DNA from: Salpingoeca rosetta | Lineage: Eukaryota; Protista; Choanoflagellata | Assembly: GCA_033442325.1 (NCBI GenBank) | Contig: JAWQFM010000008.1 | Coordinates: 1,782,287 to 1,846,286, forward strand | DNA: 64,000 nt | Reading direction: 5' to 3' | In this document: positions 1 through 20,142 of the stretch, in pieces | Position numbering within the stretch: position 1 is the first letter of the stretch | How the letters are laid out: each line of letters begins with the position of its first letter | Made by a program: the position numbers and the translations under genes | Notes under the pieces: generated by a model | Databases searched by the model: none | What the model was told of the DNA's origin: nothing | What the model saw: the letters and a program-made list of their open reading frames with translations, nothing else

Positions 1-329
1 GGCTCATTTTGAGACTGGACTCCGTGCCCGAGAATCAAAGACTGGGTAGGAAGGACAGATGTGGATACTGTCTATCTATGTCTACCCCAAATTGCGTCCG
101 TGCCAGCCACGTACGTCAAAACGATTAAGGACGTTGCTGCCCAATCTATGCAGGTGACAAAAGTCTATGAAACGAGCAGTTGATCCCACTCAGGGCATGC
201 TGTGATTGATGTATCCTGGAAGCACTGTTACACTGCGTTAGGCTTTGTCTGTAGCGTGCGGCGTAGCCAAGTTGATCTAGGTCGGTAATAAGATCGCAGC
301 CAGTAAGGAAATACCGTTTCTAACGATTT

Positions 330-380
<51 letters not shown>

Positions 381-384
381 CGTA

Positions 385-1790
385 CGTACAGTAGACGAAG
401 ATGCTGTCGAGCAGGTCCGCGGCCTCTGGCGTCGCCGTCGGCACAAACTCCTGTATCGCCTGCCGCGGCCGTTGGCCTGCAGTGGGGCGGCCGCCGCCGA
501 GTGGGGTGGAGGTAAGGGGGAGGGGAACGTGGTGGTGGGGCGAGTGGTAGCGGCAGAGTGAGAGGAAAGCGAGAGTGCGCACAGACACACACACACACAC
601 ACACAGACACAGACACACACAGACACAGACACAGACACAGACACAGACAGACAGACAGACACACACAGCCACGCACCGAGGGACGCGATGTGTGTGCGGA
701 CGGCGTCTGTGGGGACGTGATCCAGAAACGACTGTGGGGGTGTGCCGATCTTGCGGAAGATCTCATAGAACTGCTCGGGCGTGTTGCGGCCGGGAAAGGG
801 GATGTTGCTGCCGAAACACTCGCACAGGATGCACCCAAACGACCACACATCCGCGCTGGGCAGCCCAGGGACGGAGGATGGAGGGAGAAAGAAAGAAAGT
901 GAAGGGGGGGGGGTAAGGTGTGTGGCGAAAGGAATGCAACGGAATGTGTGTGTGTGTGTGTTTGATATGATGTGATGTGATGGGGAGTTTCAACAACTTG
1001 TCGAGCACAAAGCGAAGATTCAGACACAACAACGCCGCCGAAGGGAGGAATGAGAAGCAGGTACAAAAACACACAGCATAGGCAACGACAGCCAGCCGGA
1101 CCAGCCAAGCACCCCTGCGCCCACCTCTGGTCGTATTCACAGAGGGCCACCACTTCTGGCGCGCGGTAGAAGCGCGTCTGCACATATGGGGTGTCGTTGC
1201 CGCCGTTACGGCCGCGGGAAAGCCCCATGTCGATGATGCGAACCGAACAGTCTGTGGCGCGAGAACAGCAAAGGCGGCACGCAAACGAGAGAAACCGGGG
1301 CAAGAGAAGGGGCGGGGAGAAGTAGTTCGGGTGGTGATGGTGAAGGGCACGGCGTGGTGTTCAGATGCTGACGATGAGCGATGACGAAGGAAGCAAGCGC
1401 AAGGGTGGTGATCGGGAGAGGGGATATGGGATGAATGTATGGGATGAATACGTGGGATGAATGCAAGGGATCAACCAACCTTCAAAGATGGCCACGTTCT
1501 CGGGTTTCAAATCTCTACAGCGAGCGCAAGTTTTCCCGATGACGTGAGCATAAGGCAGTTGCACATGCACACACGCACATGCGCACATGCGCGTTTGCAC
1601 GCACAAGGGACACCCACCCCAACAAGGCAACTCACGCACAGGCCCACCTATCCACACTCACAGCCACAGCCACACAGCCACAGCCACACAGCCACACCCA
1701 TCCACACCCATCCACACCCATCCACACCCATCCACACCCATCCACACATACACACCCACACACCCACACCCACACACACACACACCCACC

Positions 1791-1832
<42 letters not shown>

Positions 1833-2348
1833 TGCACACCCACACACACACAAATGCACACGTACAAATGCACACACGCCTCTGCACCTGTGGATGACGC
1901 CTGCGCTGTGGATAAAGTAAAGGCCACAGAGGATTCGGTAGGTGATGAGCTGGATGTGGGGGACGGTGAGCTTGTTGTGTCTGAGCACTGTGCGGAGGTC
2001 TGAGTCACACTTTTCCGTGACGACGTAAAGCTCCTGCAAAGGGACGTCTTCCGGTTGTGGGCTGTAGGTGCCAATGTACTGGAGCACGTGTGGACAGCCG
2101 TTGCGGGAGAGGTGGCGCAGGATGCAAATCTCACGGTACGTGCGCAGCGCAAAGGTGGCATCCTGGAAGGGGTTGGTGAACTTCTTCACGGCAAACTGGC
2201 CGCCGTTGCTCGTGTTTACGCCAACGACCCTGCCAAAGGTTCCACCGCCAAGAAACTGCACGCTCTCCGGAATGACCAGCGCTGGCAGGTGCCAAACCAC
2301 CTGCGAGTCCGGCTCCTGCACCAACACCGCCTGTGACTGGAATGCCAT
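385..2348 (-). CDS. Stress-activated MAP kinase (p38/JNK-like, TPY activation motif); multi-exon, 3' end not found in window
   Basis: Spliced exons give LGGGTFGRV (Gly loop), AVKKFTNPFQDATFALRTYRE, HSAGVIHR|DLKPENV (catalytic loop), VRIIDMGLSR, DTPYVQTRFYRAPEV, DVWSFGCI and PEAADLL. ATG at 2348. The final subdomain XI exon is not seen. Confidence 0.9.
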
Positions 2349-2956
2349 CGCGCATGTGCGTCTGTGCGCGTGCGTCTGCGTGTGTGTCTGCGAGAGATGT
2401 GTGTGTGCGTGTGTGGAGGGACAGAACAGGGTTTGTCGATGTGTGGAAGCAGCGGTGGGAGCGAGTTTGTTTGTGTGCAGCGAGAAACGCGGCATTGGCG
2501 TCGTCGATTAACGACAGCATGAAAATTGTGACACCGGTTGTTTGGGATTCTGCACGCGTTTTGAATCAGTCCTCAACGGAGCACCGAAGTGCATTGGGTC
2601 CTTTGCAAGGAACCAACTCTCCCTCCGTCCGTCACACGATGTGCGCTTGCTTCTTGCTGGCTTTGGTTGTTGTGCCACTGCACAACACCCACAACACCCA
2701 AAAAGCTGTGCGCGTGCATATGTGTGTGGTGGTGATGGTACGGGTGTCGTTGTTGTCTTGTGTTGTGTAACTCTTCTTGTTGTAACTGTAACAATGAAAC
2801 ACTGGCCGGCCTAACCAAGAAAAAACAACCATGTGCACAGCATCATCATGAGCACATGTCGCCCTGCGTGTGGCATGTGGCACACTGTCCCACCAACCCA
2901 TCATCCACTTTGTTCCGAAGCCTCCACAACACAAGCGGCACAAGCGGCCAGTGCCA

Positions 2957-7415
<4,459 letters not shown>

Positions 7416-8248
7416 TGATTGGCGCCAGTTTTGTTGTGCACCCGCACGCACAAACACACACGATGGCTGTTTGTGTGTCTGAGGATTGTTTGGCGTTCTT
7501 CCACTACTGGCGTATTGTGACCCGCTTGCAACCAACCAGCATGCGCAGTGCCTTGTATGTCACACGCGCATTGTGGCACCACGACCTGACCCGTGCCCGC
7601 GTTCCCTCCTCCCTCTCATCTCAGTTCATGCTCACTCCATACATAGACGACACAATTACATCGGTAGAAGCACGGTGATGCGAATGGCACACTTGTTGTA
7701 GGAGTGCAAGGTGTGTCAATTTGGTTTGTTTGTATTCACATCATGGGACTTTCAAGCAAACAAAAGCGCAAAGAGAGCAAGCAAGCCACGCAGGCAGGCG
7801 GGCAAGCAGCCACACGCTGTACTTGGGACAATTGCGTTCGAGGTTGGGAGTTCGAGGTTGGGAGAAGGGGGGCGGGGAGGAGTTCAGTTCACAATTATCA
7901 CACGAAAAACAAAACCAGAGGTAGGGGAGAAGCAAGCGTATTCACATTCACACAACACAGGTCAGCAAGAGTCACACACACACACACACGCACACATGCA
8001 CAGGTGTGCAAGGACACAACAAACTCATCTTTGGTGGATTCACCAGGGCAACCAACAGCACGTAACATAACATCACCAACTGAGAGACCAGCAGCCCAAA
8101 GCAGTCAGCACACGACAGCCTCACAAGACAGCCTCACAAGCAAGTACATATGCCAAGAGCAGCAAACGACTGCACGACGCCGACAGCAACAACACACAAC
8201 GACGACCACGACGACAACAACAACACACAATGAGGCACATCTGCGCAA

Positions 8249-10231
<1,983 letters not shown>

Positions 10232-10570
10232 GACTGTGGTTGTGTTGTGGTTGTGGTTGTGTTGGTTGTCCTCTGTACTGCTTGTGTGTGTTTGGTGGTG
10301 GCGGTAAGGGGTGTTGTGGGTTTTGCGCGGAAAGTGTCAAGCCCGTGCGCACTTTGAAAGGAATGACAGCTTGGCGTATTGAAACCAATTTACGTGCGAA
10401 TTGTATACTAAAGGTCGTATATCCACCACAGCAGCGGCGGGAAAGGTTTGAATTGGGCTGGTCGCATTGGTGTTGCTCAAGTGTGGGCGGCGTCGCGTCT
10501 GTGCGCCCGCGTGTGTTCGTCGCTCTCTCTTTCTCTCTGACACAAACAGGTACACGTGAGCCTCTGCGTG

Positions 10571-10770
10571 TCACGCGCCCGGCTTGTCTGAGAACTCTGC
10601 CCTGCATATTGGAGGAGGAATGAAGACAGGAGGAGGATTGAGGGGTGAGGGAAGAGGACGACACAGGCAAGCGAACAAGGAAACGACGCACACACACACA
10701 CACAGATAGGCGGACACACACAGACACAGACAGACACAGACACACACACACGCACACACACACACACATA

Positions 10771-10840
<70 letters not shown>

Positions 10841-11100
10841 GCAGCACGTAGGTCGCGTGTACACGCGCACGCCTGGACATGACCGAACGCACCCGCATAT
10901 TCTGCAGGAGGCCAGCCGCTCGCAATAGACTGCATGGCAGGAACAACGCGGGCATCGAATGAGCACAGGCGCGCAATTCACCACACATGCAGAAGCACAG
11001 GTGTGCACAACGACAGCAGCTACACCCACACCCACACCCACACATACACACACAAACACACAAACACACAAACACACAAACACACAAACACACAAACACA

Positions 11101-11162
<62 letters not shown>

Positions 11163-11937
11163 GACCTGACAGGCAGACGGTACAGACGTATCCGATGTCG
11201 ACGGTGCGGCCGTGGCAGAAGCATGACGCGTCAAAGTTGATGCGGCGCTGGACGGGGCGCACGAGCACATGCGCATCAGAGGACGTCACAAACCCCATCT
11301 GCGGTTGGGAGCACACTCAGCAGCAACGCACAGCACACACATCGTGAACGAAAGGGGGGGGGAGTGTATGCATGTGTTTGTTTGTTTGTTTGTTTGTTTG
11401 TTTGTTTGTTTGTTTGTTTGTTTGTTTGTTTGTTTGTTTGTTTGTGTGCTTGTGAGTGTGCATGTGTGTATGCGCGTGCGTTCACGTGTGCGTGTGTGTG
11501 TGTGCATCCACTTGTGCAGGTGTCTTCACGTGCGAACTTGCGTGACAGCTTGCGCGCTGAGCACAAGGCGCCGACACCAAAGCATCAACACAAGCACAGT
11601 CCAGGAGGGAACAGCACAATTCCCACTGCAACCCTTCCCCACCCCACCGGTACCCACGCACCATGAGTGACTGCAGGAGCTGGCTCGGGTGGTGGACTTT
11701 GACGTATGTCCCATTCGTGAGATGCGCGGCCTGCTGCAAGATGGCTGCCTCCTCTCCCATCGCACACACGTCAATCGGAACATCCTGGCACGTGGTTGCA
11801 GGAAGGAGGGGGGGGGGGAGTTGATGGAACACAGGGGTGTGAGACCGTGGTCGGTGAGCATCACAAATCTGGCGTACTTGACATCACACGCATACACACA
11901 CACACACACACACACAAGCACACACACAAGAACACAC

Positions 11938-11981
<44 letters not shown>

Positions 11982-13726
11982 GAACACACGCAAACACACA
12001 CACACACACACAAGCACAAACACACGCACATGCACGCAGCACGCATGTCGTACGTTCTTCTGTGCGGCGAAGATGCAGTTCATGGCCGCAAAGTATTCAA
12101 CAGAGCTGTCTGGGGATACGGAGACAACGCCAATACGCGGTGTGACGCGCGCACCAGATGATACGCGGTCGCGCCCTGCCACACGGTCGGTTGGGAGGGG
12201 GAGGGGAGAGAAGTGGATTGGAGTGTGATGTGAATAGTGGGAGCGGTGAAGCAAGAGCAGTGCAGGGGCAAGAGAGGCAGATGGACAGACATGAGCAGCC
12301 AGACACAGATACACAGACGCAGGCACACACACAGAGACAGACAGACACACACACATACACACATACACACACACACACACACAGGCACACGCAGGCCCAT
12401 ACACATGCATCGCTCACCTGCTGCTTTCGGTGCTGACGATGATGACGATGAGGATGAGGATGCTGGTGTCGCCTTGTCTCCGGCGATGAACCGGGATGTG
12501 ACAGAGCTGCTTGCCGTCGTGTGTTGCGGCTGCAAGGAAGTGCCTCGCACCGTCCGGTTGATGACTGCATGCCAAGGGAGGAAGGGGCAACACCACGTGA
12601 GTTGGATTGCTCAAGCAAAAAAAGGGGCGCGAAGCACATGCAGTGGGCATGCGCACATGAATGCGTGAAGATGCATCCACTGATGACTCCGCTCCCCGTC
12701 CATCCGTACATGCAAAAGCACAGGTTTGAATGGCATGCAGGACTGACAGCAGAGCGCTTTGGAGAGGGCGCCAGCAAGGTCTGAGGGGTGTCGCTCGCCA
12801 GATTCTGTCACAGTTGCGCGTGCAGCACAAGACAGGGGACACACAGGCGTGAACTAAAACATCGTCGCGACACAGGGTCGAATCAAGCGATGCCAGGTTG
12901 ATATATTGTACAGTAAACCAAGAACGAACACACACACACACATACAGACACAAACACACATACACGCAGTCACACACAAACACACATACACGCAGTCACA
13001 CACACACACACACACACAGAAGTACATTCTTACGTTCGTTGAAAAGCTTTGTTGCGTTGGCTAAGATTGTGGCATTCATCTCCGAGAACAGTTCTTGGCG
13101 GTCATCCGGTGAAGGCATCTTCACCGCAGATGGATACAAGAACATACTGCACAAAACGAAACAAAGAGGCCAATTAACAGAGTGCATTCGCTGTCCACAC
13201 ACCCACACACACACCCACACACACACCCACACACCCACCCACCCACACACACACACGCAAATGCGCACTAACATGCCGTTATATTTCCGCATTAACATGC
13301 TTGTACGTTACCAACCTCTTCTTTGGTGCTGCGCCAATGACGGCGATTGTGTTTGAGACGTGTACACTGAGTTGAGCGTTCAAGAAGACACAAATCTGGT
13401 TCATGGCCTCATCCAGGGACGCGTCCTGGATTTGCATGGTGCGTGTGTGTGTGCATGTATGTGTGTTTATGACATGCATGAGAGTGTGTGCGTGCGGTTC
13501 ACGTGCTCGGGCACTTGTCCCTTCACGCACCTCCCACGGGCTGTACTCTTCATCATCCAAACATGCACAAGCATGGACAAGCATGCACAGGACAGCGAAG
13601 CTGCCTCTGTCTCCCTCAAAACCCCCTTTCGTTGTGTCTCTCCCTTCCCTCCAGCGGTCTCACCTCGCTCAACTGCTTCCATCGCGCTGGATGCAGGTCC
13701 ACGATCAACACAAACAGCGAACTCAT
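10571..13726 (-). CDS. GTF2H3: TFIIH subunit Tfb4/p34 (GTF2H3): vWA-like domain plus C-terminal zinc finger; multi-exon
   Basis: MSSLFVLIVDLHP, NQICVFLNAQL...[78 protein letters not shown]...CRICG. Confidence 0.93.
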
Positions 13727-13847
13727 GTGGCTGGTCACTGTCTGCTGCTCTGTCGTGTTTGTGTGTGCCTTGAATTGCCGAGTATTATGGATGTCTTCCA
13801 CCATTTCTCAACAACCACCCAACGAAGGCACAGCAGCAGCCATCATC
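13727..13847. promoter_or_regulatory. Very short bidirectional promoter between Tfb4 and SEC11
   Basis: Only 121 bp separate the two divergent inferred start codons. Confidence 0.55.
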
Positions 13848-15829
13848 ATGAGCAGTGAAGAGAGCGACACCAAGGCGGTGGCTCCCGCGCCGGCGCCACA
13901 ATCCTGGTGGACAACCGTCGGTGAATACACGCTGGGAAAGGATGCCTTTGGCGAACTCTCACAGATGACAAAGAGACAGGTACGGCCAGAGACAAGGGCA
14001 ACGTGGGGAAGGGGGGAAGCACGCTGCGCAGTTGCATGTGGTTGTGTTGGAGAGTGAGTGCAGTGTCAGCAAGAATGATGATGTTCATCTCAACACCTAA
14101 CAACAGCACGACCATCACCACGACGGCTGGCGTGCGTGCAGATCCTGTTTCAAGTCATGAATGTGGCACTGGTCGTCTTCTCAGCACTGATGATCTGGAA
14201 AGGGCTGATGGTCGTCACCGGCAGCGAGAGCCCAATCGTGGTCGTGCTCAGGTGAGGAAAACAAATGTCATCGACCCACGAGAAGCGTTGCTGCTCGAGT
14301 TGTCTGGGTGGCTGAAGGGTCATGTGGTGATTAAGTGGACACCTGGACACCATGCACGGCTTCACTGTGCGAATGTTCTTGTGCTGACAGGCACGTTGCC
14401 CTTTGTTCCACTCTACGTGCTTAGTCGTCGGCCATTCTGCTTCCCGTGTTGTTCTCACGTGACGTACGACCTTACTTGCTTGCGTTTGTGTTGTTGTGTC
14501 TGGTCTGCTCTCGGCTTTGTGCCACGTTACTGTTCAGCGGAAGCATGGAGCCTGCTTTCACACGTGGCGATCTGCTGTTTCTCACCAACGACAAGTCAGA
14601 CCCCATCCGCGTCGGTGAAATCCTCGTCTTTAAGGTGAAACCTACATCCACTGCTGCGTCAGCCAGCTGGCACCTGCACGAATTGGGTTGTTGAACGTCG
14701 GTATCTGTCGGTGTACATCGGTGTACGTCGATGTACATTGGTGGGTTCACGCGCATCAATTTTTTCTGAAGCTTTCACGCTCATACCCAAACACGCACAC
14801 ACGGCACACTCACACGATCTGCCTGCCTTGCATCGACTCATGTGGCAGGTCCGAGGGCGAGACATACCCATTGTACATCGCGTGCTGAAACTGCATGAAG
14901 AGTAAGTATTACATTTGTTGTGTGTGTGTGTGCGTGTGCGTGTGTATGTGTGAGAGTGAAGCTTGTTTGATTGGTTGGTTAGTTGATTGTTTGATTGTTT
15001 GATTGGTTGATTGGTTGATTGGTTGGTGAGTTGATTGGTTGATGGTTTAGTTGATTGTTTGGTGCGTGCACACACGCATGCACAGATGCACAGTGTGTAA
15101 TGTGGACACGATACTCTCAGTCGCACAGCATTGTGCCTTGAATCGCTTTGTGTTCACGCATGCTGCATTGTGTTTGGTTTGACACCCCCTCCGAACAGTC
15201 ACAACGGCAACTTGAAGTTCTTGACCAAGGGAGACAACAACCGGGTGGACGACAGGGGCCTCTACGCACAGGTATGCCATGCCTATTGCCTCGCTGATAC
15301 TGTTTGACTGCATGTTGTGAATGCGAATACCGCATGTGGGCAGCTGTTGAGCAAGCGCCGTGCTAATCACGTGTGCGTGTTATGTGTGCGTTTGCCATGT
15401 GCTATGTGTGTTGTGTTCGTTTGTGTGCAGGACCAGTTGTGGCTTCACCCCGACGATGTTGTTGGCAGAGCGAGAGCGTAAGCCACGAATGGGTGTTGGT
15501 GTTGTTGGTGGTGTTGTTAGCGGTGTTGGTGGTGTTGTTAGCGGTGTTGGTGATGTTGGGCCATTGAGCGATGAGCGACCTGATGGGAGAATGAGAAGTG
15601 GCGCATGTGCACAATTCCCTGGTGGATGCTCACGTATGTGTACGTGTGAATACCTGGGTACGTGGTCACGTTCCCGCTTTGCACGACAGGTTCATTCCAT
15701 ATGTTGGCATTGTCACGATCCTCATGAACGACTTCCCTTTCCTCAAGGTGAGAGCCGCAACAGAAGCAACACCAGTCGTGTTTGCTCTTGTTGACGTATA
15801 TAACACACACTTACAGACGGAGAGAGAGA

Positions 15830-15864
<35 letters not shown>

Positions 15865-16026
15865 TGTGTGTGTGTGTGTGAGAGTGAGAGTGTGTGAGAG
15901 AGAGAGACAGACAGACAGACAGACACACGCGCGCGCTCTCTCTCAACCCCTCTCTCATATCCTGCTCTGTCGCAGTTTGTGCTGTTGGGAGTACTTGGCC
16001 TTTACATGTTGCTGAACAGAGAATAG
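13848..16026 (+). CDS. SEC11: Signal peptidase complex catalytic subunit SEC11; multi-exon
   Basis: [22 protein letters not shown]|[49 protein letters not shown]|[14 protein letters not shown], ending LLNRE* (TAG 16024-16026). Confidence 0.96.
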
Positions 16027-16153
16027 GAGCTGCCACACCACACCAAGTGCAACCTCCCGCCCCCTTCTTCATCCCTCAAATGCCCTCATTGCCTTGTTGC
16101 TCTCACACGTGCACCCTCATATGGCAACCCAGCATGGTCTAGCATGCGTACCT

Positions 16154-16216
<63 letters not shown>

Positions 16217-16502
16217 ATCGACCAATTCTCTTTGCTCTTGCTGTGTTGTTTGTTTGGTTGTTTGTGCTCTGTTGGTGTGTACTGCTACTGTCACACCGCA
16301 ACAAATGAATGAAAATGAACCAACGAATGAATGCTTGAATGAACGGAGGGCGGAACTGTGGTTGATGGGTAACGAAACGATACAAACACGGTAACAGCTG
16401 GGGATGAGGAAAGGGGTCATTCGCGTGACAGAGGGGATGGATGGTGTTGGCGGCAACGCAAATATGTTTGTTCTGCACCCAGACACGATAAAAAACCGCA
16501 GG

Positions 16503-16596
<94 letters not shown>

Positions 16597-16704
16597 ACAC
16601 ACCCCCACACACACAAGACACAGGGGCGGGGGTTGGTGTGGACTGGAGATGACGGTGCAGCACATCATTTGGCGTCGATGAACCTGAAATGGACGATTCC
16701 ATGA

Positions 16705-16825
16705 TCACAGCAGCGTGAGTGAGCGTGTACACGTGCTAGAGAGGGGAGGGGGCTGAACCAAGCCCAGGAGCGATTGTCAAGGGCTACACATGAACACAAG
16801 CACATGTGCATGCACTGATACAAAC

Positions 16826-16856
<31 letters not shown>

Positions 16857-17494
16857 CGCATACCCACACGCACACAGACATACACACACGCAAACAGGCA
16901 TACACACACGCACCTGTGAAGGGTTTGGAAGAAAGCATCGTACTGCTGTGTCTTAAAGCAGTAGAGACCAAAATACGACTTGTGCACGCGGCCAACCTCG
17001 AGGGAGAGCGTGTGCAGCGTTCGCTCGACACTGAACCTGTGGATGTGTGAATGTGTGAGAGTGTGTGTGGCGCATGGACACATGTCATTGTGGCAGCGAG
17101 ACCTTCGCATCAGCATCTGCCGATCTCTCTCACACACTCACACACACACGCACACTCACACAAGCACATAGAAACACAGACACACACAGACGCAGACACA
17201 CACACACACACACAGGAACACAGAAGCACACAGAAACACAGACACAGACACACACACACACATGACAAGGCATGTTCCTCACCGCTTGATTTCGTTGTAC
17301 TTGACCTCCCAGACGAGGTTGTGGGAGTGCGGTGTGAGGAGCACGAGGTTGTGTTCGCGGCATTGGGCGATGAAGGTGCCATTCAGGCCTGCCAGTCACA
17401 TCAACCCACCCATTGAGGGACGCCACAGCGACAATGTGGTAGGTGAGGTGCGATGTAGCACACTGAGAGACACAAGCTGACACACTTGCCAATG

Positions 17495-17527
<33 letters not shown>

Positions 17528-19770
17528 CCCGCTCCCCATTCGCATGCACCGGCATAAGCAGCGTACCGAGGGCGTTGGTGGTGGACGTCGGCGTGACCAG
17601 CACAACGAACGAGTGATACCGCGACGATGACGACGACGACGACGATGTGGCGTGTGGTGGCCGCACAGCTGTCACAGCGCGCACGGTTGGTGGCTGTTGT
17701 GCTGCTGTCATCCTCGTCATCATCACAGGAGCTGCGCTGCTGTCTGTCGGGTGAGAGTGGCGGCGGTCGCGCGGTTGCATCACGTGTACCGTTGTTGGGT
17801 GCGTGACAGGCATCACGGGGTGGCACAGGCCAGGATCGCATGACGCAACCAGCGTGTTTACAGACAGGTGCTTGTGTGCGCGGCCACCGCCGCTCTTGCG
17901 ACCGCCATGCACACGTGCGTCTTGACGATGGTGCTGGCGGTGGTGGTGGTGTGGTGAATGGCGAGGTGTTGGGCTGACGAACAGTCGGGACTGGTGGCGG
18001 GCGTTTCGCTGCTGCCGCGCCGTCATCTCCACCATGTGCTGCTCGCGGGGATCTGCGGGCAGCGGCATCGTGAGCATGTCGTGGTGTGCTTTACTCCTCC
18101 TCTTCTCCTTGGCGCGCTTTTCCTTCTTCAGCTTCTTGTGTGCCTGCCGCCTTGCCTCTCGCTCGCGCTGTCCCGTGCCATCGTCTCCACTGCTGCTGCT
18201 GCTGCCGCCTCCTCCACTGCTTGTGCTTCCTTTTGGTGAGCGGCGTCGGTGGCGGTGGCGATGATGATGTTGCTGGTGCTGGTGCTGGTGCACTTGCTGA
18301 TGGTGGTGGTGGTGGTGGTGGTTGTATGCGCTGTCATGGACTGTCAGCGGCATTGTTGTGCTTGCGGCAGCTGGCTGCTGGTGTGATGGACTGTTGGTGT
18401 TGCCGTTGTTGATGCTGCCAGTGCTCTTGCCAGCGTCGGGTTTGTGGTGATGGTGGTGGTGGTGCGGGGAAGCTGTGCGGCGAGCAACGCGGGACGGGGA
18501 GGTGGCCGGGTTTGCACGTGCTGGGGATGCCAGGGGAGATGACGCTGGCGAGAAGGACGCGGCGGAGGAAGGCGGTGTCAGTGATGAGGGTGGGTCAGCA
18601 ACGGGCTGATGCGCGTGGGCCAGCACCAGCCGCGCGTGCTTTGGCCACGTGTTGCGAGCAGCTGGTGACGAGCGAGAGGCGGGTCGTTCGTAGTGATGGC
18701 CGTGCTGCTGCTGTTGGTGCTGCTGTTGGTGTTGTTGTTGTTGGTGGTGGTGCTGTGGTGGGGAGGGCAGGGGGCGGTTGGCAAGCTGTTGCCGCTGGGC
18801 AGCCGTTGATGGTGGCTGTGCTGACTGCACTGCGCGCACTTCCTCACGTCGGTCTGGCGTGTCGTTGTGGTGATGGTTGCTGCTGCTGCTACCGATGCTG
18901 CTGCTGCTGCTGTTGTTCATGCGCCGAACGAGTTGTGAGCTCTGCACATCCAGCAGCGTGGCGTACAGCTCCATGTCCGCCTCCTCTTCTTCGTCAATCT
19001 GAGAATGGCAAATTGGACAATGGAGCGGCAGGGATGGGTGGTTGAGGAGTGAATGGTGATGGACATTCAAGTCGCCAACAAAGGCGCACCACATACACAC
19101 ACACACTCGAACAAACAAACGAACAAACAAACGAACAAACAAACGAACAAACGCGCGCGCGCGCACACACACACACACACTCGCGCGCGCATTCCTCCGC
19201 CTTTTGGCATGATGCTTATCATGTGTTCGCGCAGATATAGCACGCACCTCGCTGCGCGGAGTCTCTGGGACGGTGCTGCGTGGCGGTGACGATTGCAGGT
19301 GGAGGAGCATGTCACTGAGGGCTTCCACATCTGCCTCAAAGGGCGTGCGTTTGGTGCGCGGTGGTGTTGGCGAACCCATGTCCTGCGTGTCACTGTCTGA
19401 GCAAGGCGACGACGCCGATGAAGACGAACACGTCTTGTGCGAGTCCACATGCGACGGATCGCAATCCTTGACGTGGTGCACACAGATGCCGCTGTCGTTG
19501 GCGTTGAGCGGGTACGCACTGCTGGTTGCGGCAGCGTGCTTCATGCCTGCGTCCTCGTGGTCAGACATGTCAAACGCGGGTTCCAGCTCCGGTGTGGCCG
19601 CGCGAACTAGGGCTGCTGCAGAGGAAAACACGTCGCTCTTGCGCTGTGACGCTGGCCCAGGGTATGGTGGTGGCGGATGGCTGTGAAAACCGCGGGGGAA
19701 GGGGTTGGATGTGGCGCAAAAGTGAGGTCATGAGAGATGAGGTGACGTACGGAAGGGAATAAGGAGAAGT

Positions 19771-19865
<95 letters not shown>

Positions 19866-20142
19866 AAGGACCTAGATTGATGCACAGAAAGAGGTACAGA
19901 GAGAAACAGAAGCATCCACACACACATACACACATGCATACACACATACATACATACACACACATACATACATACATACATACATACATACATACATACA
20001 TACATACATACATACATACATACACACACCTGAAGACGGGAGCGGATGATTTGGGCTGTGGCTGTGGCTTGGAGGCGACGCTGGAAGGGTACGGCTTTGC
20101 TGCAGCCGTGGCAAGGAAGACGTCGAGTGGGCGGAAAGCCAT
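16705..20142 (-). CDS. Adaptor protein: long disordered Ser/His/Gln-rich region plus C-terminal IRS/Dok-type PTB domain
   Basis: Spliced C-terminus SFVVLVTPTSTTNALGLNGTFIAQCREHNLVLLTPHSHNLVWEVKYNEIKRFSVERTLHTLSLEVGRVHKSYFGLYCFKTQQYDAFFQTLH fits the IRS-PTB pattern (L.G.Y/F, I.R/RF, F/LS.E.GR, G.Y.F.T). Start and stop positions are tentative. Confidence 0.7.
19774..19862. repeat. (AG)n microsatellite, intronic
   Basis: Pure dinucleotide run. Confidence 0.95.
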
